From Squalus acanthias (taxonomy: Eukaryota), in assembly GCA_030390025.1 (NCBI GenBank), contig CM059425.1, forward strand, positions 171,928,001 through 171,992,000: a stretch of 64,000 bases of DNA, given 5' to 3'. This document shows positions 52,621 through 61,604 of the stretch, in pieces. How positions within the stretch are numbered: position 1 is the first letter of the stretch; every line of letters begins with the position of its first letter. The notes beneath the pieces were generated by a model. The model ran no database searches. It was not told the origin of the DNA and saw only the letters and a list, made by a program, of their open reading frames with translations. A program made the position numbers and the translations under genes.

Positions 52621-53693
52621 GTATGGGGCTGGGTGTTGATTGTGGGCTCAAAGGATAAAATAACACTCAATTTAAATTGGAAATCTGTCAGATAGCAATG
52701 GGTACTGCGCAAAAGGACAGTCACATAAACCCCAACAGCTCTTTTAATCTTATCTATTTTCTCAAACAAACTTAATTCATATCACACATGACCACCAACA
52801 GCAAACATTTCCAAAGTTCAGCATAGATTGCATTCTTCTGTTTCTTATCACGATCTGTAAGCACCAGAGAATGAGAAATTCAGTCACCACTTCACTGGAA
52901 TAACTGTGGTTTGATCTAATTTTTCAGGCTCTATTGATTGTTGACTGGCAACATTTGGGGTCTTGGATGCCAATCTATATTGGACTTGAGGCCAACTTCC
53001 CAAAAAGCACATGATTTTAATCAACTAAGTTTCAAATACAGTCTCATTGAAGCTTTAAGGATGGAAGAAAATTAGAAGTATAATTCCCCCAACTACATCC
53101 GGGAAGAAATACATGACATCAAAATTACACCCCCCACCCACAGTTAGCTTCTCTTAAGATTATAGAATATCCTCGATGTCCTACATAATTTGTATTTTAT
53201 ATGTTTTTCCTTGCCTGTTAGCAATTTAGTAAAATAAACTGGCATTCAAAATACTAATTTTCCAGGGTACACCACAAGCCTAAGCTAACATATTTTTACA
53301 TTTTTTAAATCTCGCTCAATAACGCCATATCATTTTATCTGTGCACAGTCCTCATTCATTAATGCACTATTCCCCCTTTAAACCAAAAGTGAATTGTAAA
53401 ATGCAGTCTTGATGGAATGCTGTGGCAGTACTACCACCAAACGGCTCTATTTTTGGAAGTGGTGATGCAATGAGAGACAGAAAGTTACATTTTAGAGCTC
53501 CTGACTATTTCTCTCAAATATCTCAAGTGCTTTGATTTATGTAGGCAGAATTAATTTTTCCTCATAAAAATCAACAAACATCCCATGAAATTGTTTTTGG
53601 TTAATGAAGGAATATTGGCTGGGATACCAGAAGCCCCTGCTCTTCTTCAAATAGTGCCAGTGCCATGAGATCTCTAATGTCCATCTAAATTAT

Positions 53694-53904
53694 GATGCGG
53701 AGATGCGGTGTTGGACTGGGGTGGACAAAAGTGAGAAGTCGCACAACACCAGGTTATAGTCCAACAGTTTTATTTGAAGTCACAAGCTTTCGGAGCGGCT
53801 GCTCCTTCGTCAGGTGACCTGACGAAGGAGCAGCCGCTCCGAAAGCTTGTGATTTCAAATAAAACTGTTGGACTATAACCTGGTGTTGTGCGACTTCTCA
53901 CTTT
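53694..53904. mobile_element. Penelope-like palindromic insertion, family A
   Basis: 88-bp arms (53728-53815 and 53817-53904), 1-nt spacer, one mismatch. 12-bp direct repeat CATCTAAATTAT at 53682-53693 and 53905-53916. Confidence 0.85.
53779..53818 (-). ncRNA. Minimal type-I hammerhead ribozyme motif (intact), family A
   Basis: Minus strand reads GTCAC-CTGACGA-A-GGAGC-AGCC-GCTCC-GAAA-GC-TT-GTGAC. Confidence 0.75.
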
Positions 53905-54186
53905 CATCTAAATTATCAGCAGGTAGAAAACATTGAATTATATTTCAAAAAACACCTGCAACAGTGCACCACTTCTTCAGCACGGCACTGTAATCCTAAA
54001 TTGAGTGAAGTACTGGAATCCCCAATCTGATGACTCAGAAGAGAGCGCTCCTAACTGAGCCAAGCTGATACTCCAGCACTTGTCAAAGTGAGAAGACTGC
54101 AGAATTATGAATTAAAAAGCACATCTGCTACAGGAATGATTTCAGTGTCTGGATGCCCACTAACAAGGGAAAACTTGCCCGAGAAC

Positions 54187-55465
54187 TTTTTTTTTTTTTT
54201 TTAATTTGTTTTATGGGATGTGGGAGTCGCAGGCAAGACCAGCATTTATTGCCCATCCCTAATTGCCCTTGTGAAGGTGGTGGTGAGCTGCCTTCTTCAA
54301 CCGCTGCAGTCCGTGTGGTGAAGGTACTCCCACAGTGCTGTTAGGGAGGGAGTTCCAGGATTTTGACCCAGCGACGATGAAGGAACAGCGATATATTTCT
54401 AAGTCAGGATGGTGTGTGACTTGGAGGGGAACTTGGAGGTGGCGGTGTTCCCATGCGCCTGCTGCCCTTGTCCTTCTAGGTGGAAGAGGTTGCAGGTTTG
54501 GGAGGTGCTGCTGAAGAAGCCTTGGCAAGTTGCTGCAGTGCATCTTGTAGATGGTACACACTGCAGCCACGGTATGCCGGTGGTGGAGCGAGTGAATGTT
54601 TAAGTTGGTGGATGGGGTGCCAATCAAGCGGGCTGCTTTGTCCTGGATGGTGTCGAGCTTCTTGAGTGTTGTTGGAGCTGCACTCATCCAGGCAAGTGGA
54701 GAGTATTCCATCACATGCCTGACTTGTGCCTCGTAGATGGTAGGAAGGCTTTGGGGAGTCAGGAGGTGAGACACTCGCCGCAGAATACCGAGCCTCTGAC
54801 CTGCTCTTGTTGCCACAGTATTTATGTGGCTGGTCCAGTTAAGTTTCTGGTCAATGGTGACCCTGAGGATGTTGATGGTGGGGTGCTCGGCGATGGTAAT
54901 GCCGTTGAATGTCAAGGGGCGGTGGTTAGACTCTCGCTTGTTGGAAATAGTCATTGCCTGGCACTTCTGTGGCGCAAATGGTACCTGCCACTTATCAGCC
55001 TAAGCCTGAACGTCGTCCAGGTCTTGTTGCATGCGGGCATGGACTGCTTCATTATCTGAGGAGTTGTGAATGGCACTGAACACTGTGCAGTCATCAGCGA
55101 ACATCCCCATTTCTGACCTTATGTTGGAGGGAAGGTCATTGATGAAGCAGCTGAAGATGGTTGGGCCTAGGACACTGCCTTGAGGAACTCCTGCGGCGAT
55201 GTCCTGGGGCTGTGATGATTGACCTTCAACTACCACAACCATCTTCCTTTGTGCTAGGTATGACTCCAACCAGTGGAACGTTTCCACCACCCCCCCCCCC
55301 CACCCCCCCCCCACCCACCCTGATTCCCACTGACTTCAGTTTTACTAGGGCTCCTTGGTGCCACAGTCGGTCAAATGCTGCCTTGATGTCAAGGGCAGTC
55401 ACTCTCATCTCACCTCTGGAATTCAGCTCCTTTGTCCATGTTTGGACCAAGGCTGTAATGAGGTC
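54187..55465 (-). mobile_element. Non-LTR family 2 LINE, RT and 3' end
   Basis: [38 protein letters not shown] and poly-A. Confidence 0.9.
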
Positions 55466-55739
55466 ATAAAACTTGGCTCATAAAACATGAATACATTGGT
55501 AAACTGTGCCTCAGTTGGTCACACTTTCGCCGAGTCAAAAGTATTGCAGATACTTGAGTACAAAATCTAGCCTGACACTCCAGTGCAAGTACTGAGGGAG
55601 TGCTGCATTGTTGGAGGTGCCGTCTTTCGGGTTGGCAGGCTATAATTAGTGGGGTACCGCAAGGATCAGTGCTTGGGCCTCAGCTATTCACAATCTACAT
55701 CAATGATTTGGATGAGGGGACCAAATGTAATATATCCAA

Positions 55740-56248
55740 TACGATAGCAAAATACTGCGGATGCTGGAAATTCGAAATAACAACAGAAAACGCTGGAAAA
55801 ACTCAGCAGGCCAGGCAGCATCCGTGGAGAGAGAAACAGAGTCAATGTTTCAGGTCGAAGACCTTTCGTCAGAACTGGAAAAAAGCAGGAAATAAAATAG
55901 ATTTAAAGCAGGGATAAAGCTGGGAAAAGGGGGAGGGGATGACAGAACAAAAGGAGAGATTAAGAGACATTGAGAGACATTAAGAGATAATCAAGGCAAG
56001 AGGTGGTGTTCATGTGACAGGTTGAGGCTAAAAGAAGTGTGAAATGCACTGGCAGAATGAAGGACAGCTGCCAGCTTCTGTCATCCCCTCCCCCTTTTCC
56101 CAGCTTTATCCTTGCTTTAAATCTATTTCATGTCCTGCTTTTTTCCAGTTCTGACGAAAGGTCTTCGACCTGAAACGTTAACTCTGTTTCTCTCTCCACG
56201 GATGCTGCCTGGCCAGCTGAGTTTTTCCAGCGTTTTCTGTTGTTATTT
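55740..56248. mobile_element. Penelope-like fold-back insertion, family B, inside a CR1
   Basis: Inverted arms similar to 35888-36604. 14-bp target duplication TGTAATATATCCAA at 55726-55739 and 56249-56262, interrupting the CR1 RT just before FADD. Confidence 0.85.
56147..56183 (+). ncRNA. Minimal type-I hammerhead ribozyme motif (intact)
   Basis: AGTT-CTGACGA-A-AGGTC-TTC-GACCT-GAAA-CG-TT-AACT. The mirror copy at 55840-55876 (-) has a mutated stem III (GAAACATT). Confidence 0.78.
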
Positions 56249-58067
56249 TGTAATATATCCAAGTTTGCTGATGATACAAAGCTGGGTGGGAATGGAAGTT
56301 GTGAGGAGGATGCAAGGAGGCTTCAAGGGGATATAGACAAGCTAAGTGAGTGAGCAAGAACATGGCACATGGAATATAATGTGGAGAAATGTGAAGTTAC
56401 CCACTTTGGTAGGAAAAATAGAAAAGCAGAGTATTTTTTAAATGGAGAGAGATTGGGAAATGTTGGTGTTCAGAGGGACCTGGGTGTCCTTGTACACGAA
56501 TCACTGAAAGTTAACATGCAGGAACAGCAAGCAATTAGGAAAGAAAATGGTTTGTTGGCCTTTATTACAAGAGGATTTGAGTCTAAGAGTAAAGACATCT
56601 TACAGCAATTATATCGGGCCCTGGTGAGACCACACCTGGAGTATTGTGTACAGTTTTGGTCTCCTTACCTAAGGGAGGATATCCTTGCCATAGAGGGAGT
56701 GCAACAAAAGTTCACCAGACTGATTCCTGGGATGGGGGGTTTGTCCTATGAAGTGAGATTTAGTAGACTAGGCCTATATTCTCTAGAGTTTAAAAGAATG
56801 AGAGGTGATCTCATTGAAACATACAAAATTCTGACAGGGTTTGATAGGGTAGATGCAGGGAGGATGTTTCTCCTGGCTGGGGTGTCTAGAACCAGGGGTC
56901 ACAGTCTCCGAATAAGGGGTCGGCCATTTAGGACTGAGATGAGGAGAAATTTCTTCACTCAGAGGGTGGTGAATCTTTGCCCGAGCGGGCTGTGGAGGCT
57001 CAGTCATTGAGTATATTCAGGACAGAGATCGACAGATTTTTGAATATTAAGGGCATCAAGGGATATGGGGATAGTGCAGGAAAGTGGAGACGAGGTATTA
57101 GATTAGCCATGATCTTATTGAATGGCGGAGCAGGCTCGAAGGGCCAAGTGGCCTACTCCTGCTCCTATTTTTTTATGTTCTTATGTTCTTTCAGAGGAAA
57201 TGCTGAAAGAGCAGACGGGGCCTCGGTTTAAGTGGATATAAAAGATCCCATGGCACTATTTCGAAGAGGAGCAGGGGAGTTCTCCCCGGTGTCCTGGTCA
57301 CTGTATATCCCTCAACCAACACCTAAAAACACATGATCGTGTCATCTTCACATTGCTGTTTGTGGGACCTTGCTGTGCACAAATCCGCTGCCACATTTCC
57401 TACATTACAACAGTGACTACACTTCAAAAGTACTTAACGGGCTGTAAAGCACTTTAGAGGTCCTGAAGGACACTATATAAATGCAAGTCTTTCTTTCTTT
57501 TTAAACTGTTTCATTTGTTATGTTTTTGTATTTCAAGGTCCCTGAACTCTGATCTGTTTACTACTGGTACAACCCTCCTCTGTACAAAGATTGCTGGTTC
57601 TGTGACTGGTGAAAATTTAGTGATGCACAGTGGGTATTACTGACATTCTTTAAAAAATAAATTCAAAACTCAAAAATGTAAAATACATCATACCTCCCAA
57701 TTAGTATTCAACACAATTGCAGAAGTTTGTTGGGGAGATATTCAACAGTTAATTGCCAACTGGTCTCACTGATTTCAGCAAAGTGGATCCCTCCAGATGG
57801 AGATCTCCCATTTTGCCTCTTCCTTCAGAGGATGGGTGGATTTTTTTATTTTTACTTTTTTGTTAATGTTATTGAGGATTTTCTTCCCACGCTGCAGCTA
57901 AGTTGGCAACATCAAAGTTGGCCAAAAAGCCGACGTGTTTTAAACTGCATTACTGGGACTGTTAGAGACAAAACCAAGAGTACTGTACTGACGCTATACA
58001 AGGTTTTGATATTTCTACACATTTGGAATATTATTCCAGTTTTGGTCCATTCCTGGTGAAAGACACG

Positions 58068-58506
58068 GGGGCAACACGGTGGCATAGTGGTTAGCACTGG
58101 TGACTCACAGCGCCAGGGACCCGGGTTCGAATCTGACCTCGGGTGACTGTCTGTGTGGAGTTTGCACATTCTCCCCGTGTCTGCGTGGGTTTCCTCCGGG
58201 TGCTCCGGTTTCCTCCCACAGTCCAAAAATGTGCGGGTTAGGTTGATTTGGCTATGATAAATTGACCCTTAGTGTTAGGGGGGGGATTAAATATGTGGGG
58301 TTATGGGGATAGGATGGGATATGTTAGGGGGAATTAAATACGTGGGGTTACGGGGGTAGGGTGGGATATGTGTACTGTGGGGATTAAAGCAGGGACAGGG
58401 TACTGGATTTGGATGATCAGCCATGATCGTATTGAATGGTGGAGCAGGCTCGACGGGCCGAATGGCCTACTCCTGCTCCTAGATTCTATGTTTCTATGTT
58501 TCTATG
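58068..58506 (+). mobile_element. tRNA-derived V-SINE (HE1-like), second copy
   Basis: Near-identical to the reverse complement of 29012-29451. Inserted in a degraded CR1 (~57900-58740). Confidence 0.9.
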
Positions 58507-59320
58507 ACATTTAGGCTATAGAAGGGGTGACCAGGATAATGCCAAATATTGGAGCTCTTATCTTATGAGGATTATTTAGTTGGGAGAAATGTTGGCTTAG
58601 AAGAGATGCAATTGAGGTTTTTAAAATGATAGTGATTGGAAATATTCCAGTTAGACAGGTTTTTTGAAATGAAGAGTGATGGTAAGAGTAGAAGTCATGC
58701 CTTTTATGTTTACTGTAACTTTTTGCTGAAGAGCTACAGAAATGATACAAAGATGTTGGGTAACAATTCCAAAAGAGGTTACAGGACTGCTACAAGCCTA
58801 CTTCTCAAAAAGGCAAATTGTTTACACAAATCGTTCAGTTTGTACCGAATTCAAAATAAGCAAAATACACACAGGTATGTGATATTATTATAATTGTTTA
58901 CGGTCATCTCGGGAACTCTGCAAAGCAAGGCAGTTTGCAATGTTCCAGAGTTTACACTGCATAGCTAAGAACATTTTTAAGGAGAGTGCAAACAATATTG
59001 CTCCTACAAGTGTAGTATTATCAGGACATTAGTTATGTAAAATAGAAGTTTTCCCACCAATGAGTGAGGTTGAAGCCACAGCATTGCAAAGTGAGCAAAC
59101 CAGATGGCCATAAACATGTAGAGAAAAAGAGGTCAAGAAACCTAACCATATTTTTTATTAATAAGATCCCTTCCAAACAGTTTCTCTGAAACAGTTGATA
59201 TATATTTTGGATATGCTAATTTTAAAATAATCCAAGTTTGTTTTTGCATTCTCACAATTGATGGTGCTGTATTAAACAAAATTCAAATCAAACATCAACT
59301 TGCATAGTTAGAAGTCTCAC

Positions 59321-59977
59321 CTTTAGAAGTATAGAGGAAGGAAGCTGATTTATATTCGGTGGCTCAGATTCCATTCTTAAGTCTTGAAGATTTTCATGGG
59401 GGTCAACTTCATTGTCTTTAGGTCCCAAAGGGGACACTGGACGTTGCAGCAGAGAAGAGCAGTCACCCATGTTACCCTGAAGCTCCACGTTAGTGCATTC
59501 TGCTGTGGAAGTAGGCAAAGTACATACAGGTACCGGACGCTGTGCTATGTCATTATTTAAATCAGTCTCAGGAACTCCTTCAACTGCAGAACGAGGCAGT
59601 TTGCAAGGTGTACACGTTTGTACTCCAGCACATTTACGTTTGCAAACTGGCATCTCGGAATAGTCTGACGAGACTGTTCTAAACAAAGGTGGCCCAATCA
59701 GTTTTGCTGGAACAGTGGAAAGTAAATTCTTGCCCTGTTGCTCCCAGATAGCAAGTTCCTTCGAAGAAAGAAGAAACTTAGCGCACTCCTCCGTAGTCGT
59801 CAGTGCAGCGTATCGCTCCGCTAGTTTGGATGCACTTTCGAACTGATCCTCATCAAGAGCAGAAGTATTGTGAACTATGAAGCACAACATACAAGGTCCA
59901 CGAAGAAAGCAGTTCTTTCTAACTTTCCGTCTTCTTTTCTTCACACGCTTACCATTTTTTGAAAGAAAATGGCCCAT
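59321..59977 (-). CDS. FBXL17: FBXL17-family F-box/LRR protein, first coding exon (219 codons)
   Basis: The ORF begins MGHFLSK...CFLRGPCMLCFIVH, matching the FBXL17 N-terminus, and ends at the F-box start PNINQLPSSILLK. Donor AAG|GTGAGA lies at 59321/59320, phase 0. A polypyrimidine acceptor (T-run)GTAG|G lies at 60013/60012, upstream of the ATG. Orthologue versus paralogue is unresolved. Confidence 0.92.
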
Positions 59978-60375
59978 ATAGAAGACTCAGAACCTTCTCC
60001 AATATTATGTTCCTACAAAAAAAAAAAAAAATTGAAAGTGAAAAGCACTAAAATTCCACCTGTACAGATATGTACACAACATATTCCTCATTCAACTGCT
60101 CTTGTGATTATAATTCAAAGATTGTAATTTGAAGTTACAAGTTCCTTAGGTGAAAGAAACTTAGCACACTTCCTGTAGTGGTCAGTGTGGGGTACCATCC
60201 TGCAAATTTGACAACAACAAATCTCAATGCTTTTGTCACAGCCACTGCATTTCTGAATGCAGTATTTGGTGTTATGCACTGACTAAACAGAGTACAATGG
60301 CATTAACTGTTTTGCATTAACAAATTTCAGTGTAAATCCACAGTAAAAACGCATCAGTTATTCCATTCCATGAAG

Positions 60376-60584
60376 CGGAGATGCCGGTGTTGGACTGGGG
60401 TGGACAAAAATGAGAAGTCGCACAACACCAGGTTATAGTCCAACAGATTTATTTAAAATTACGAGCTTTCGGAGCGCTGCTCCTTCTTCACTTGTACCTG
60501 AAGAAGGAGCAGCGCTCCGAAAACTCGTAATTTTAAATAAAACTGTTGGACTATAACCTGGTGTTGTGCGACTTCTCATTTTTG
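60376..60584. mobile_element. Penelope-like palindromic insertion, family A variant
   Basis: 90-bp arms (60401-60490 and 60499-60588), 8-nt spacer, two mismatches. Direct repeat TCCATTCCATGAAG at 60362-60375 and 60585-60598. Contains CTGAAGA-A-GGAGC-AGC-GCTCC-GAAA. Confidence 0.85.
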
Positions 60585-61604
60585 TCCATTCCATGAAGAA
60601 AACATAACTTTAAGAACACGGATATACTAAACTGACACCACAGCAGCTTCCTAAAGTTCACTTACAATTCCAAAACTCAAAACTGTTTTATTGTACAGTA
60701 GCTCAATACATTGCTGACTGCTACAGCACTTTACCATTCAAAAATCTGAAAGTTGAGACACAAGCTTGATGCACAACATTGTCTTAGAATTACATTTCCA
60801 CTGTAACTGCTTTATTAACACATTATGGAACAGATATTTACTGTCAATAAAATTAATGGTACAATTAGACTTTTAACACCAATTTCTCACTATTGCAATT
60901 TTAAACGCTCTCAACACAACCACCACCAAGTTGACATTCTGCTCAAATCCTCTCCTTTCCAGACAGAAAAACAATGTTTGTAGAGATACAGAATTGAGAC
61001 AGAACATGTGCAGCATCAGTAAAATTGGGCAACACCCATTTCAAAATTAACATATCAACCCTTTATCAAGATTTAATTGTATCCATAAAATCTAACATTC
61101 CATAACACAAAGAGTTCTGAACAATAAACCATGCAGAATTTATTTCATCTGTATTCCTAAAAACAGATGCAAGCATCTATATGCTAGAGAGCAGTTTGCA
61201 CAGGTTTGCATCCATAATAATTCAAACAGTAAACTTCTGATAAAAGGTCCGATGCCAGTGGTGGTGGTTGGTTTGGGGGGGGGGGGGGGGGGAGGAGGGT
61301 AGTGGTTGGGGTGGGGCGCGGTTAATGAGATTAGGGAAGCAGCAAGTGGAAGCAAACTGTGTCCCAGGCAGGAAAAGGGAGGATAAAAGTTAAGAAATCT
61401 CTCTTCTGGTCACTTGCTCACCTCCTAGCATCAATACTAGAGCAGCACTGACAGACACCTGAGAGAAGGTAATATACCCAGCCTTTCAGCTTGGAAATGC
61501 TGCAAGACATGACCTAGAGGGGGAAGAAAAAATCAATTAAAACTTTCAATCAACAGAGGTTTGGGTAATTCTTCATTAACAGTTGGCCCTAGTCATGCTT
61601 GCTC

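Larger units (their letters stand above)
55630..57190 (+). mobile_element. CR1 LINE, 5'-truncated
   Basis: [48 protein letters not shown], and a (TTCTTATG)n tail. Confidence 0.9.
55500..57502 (+). mobile_element. Deu-domain SINE split by a CR1 insertion (SINE parts ~55500-55630 and ~57190-57502)
   Basis: The SINE breaks at GGTGCCGTCTTTCGG and resumes at GTGGATATAAAAGATCCCATGG after the CR1 tail. Confidence 0.75.

Noticed and set aside
52727..52750. AAACCCCAACAGCTCTTTTAA resembling the 5' half of a histone stem-loop
   Set aside because: The 3' arm (GAGCC) is missing, and it is on the opposite strand 6.5 kb from the H2B copy.
58068..58145. tRNA gene
   Set aside because: The A/B boxes belong to a SINE head followed by the V domain and LINE tail; the same applies near 29400.
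59288..59320. ORF-track extension VRLLTMQVDV
   Set aside because: Read-through past a canonical donor; homology continues in exon 2.
61256..61322. G-run cluster with G-quadruplex potential
   Set aside because: Poly-G runs recur in the window (2972, 62801, and a C-run at 55290) as slippage tracts; there is no evidence of function.
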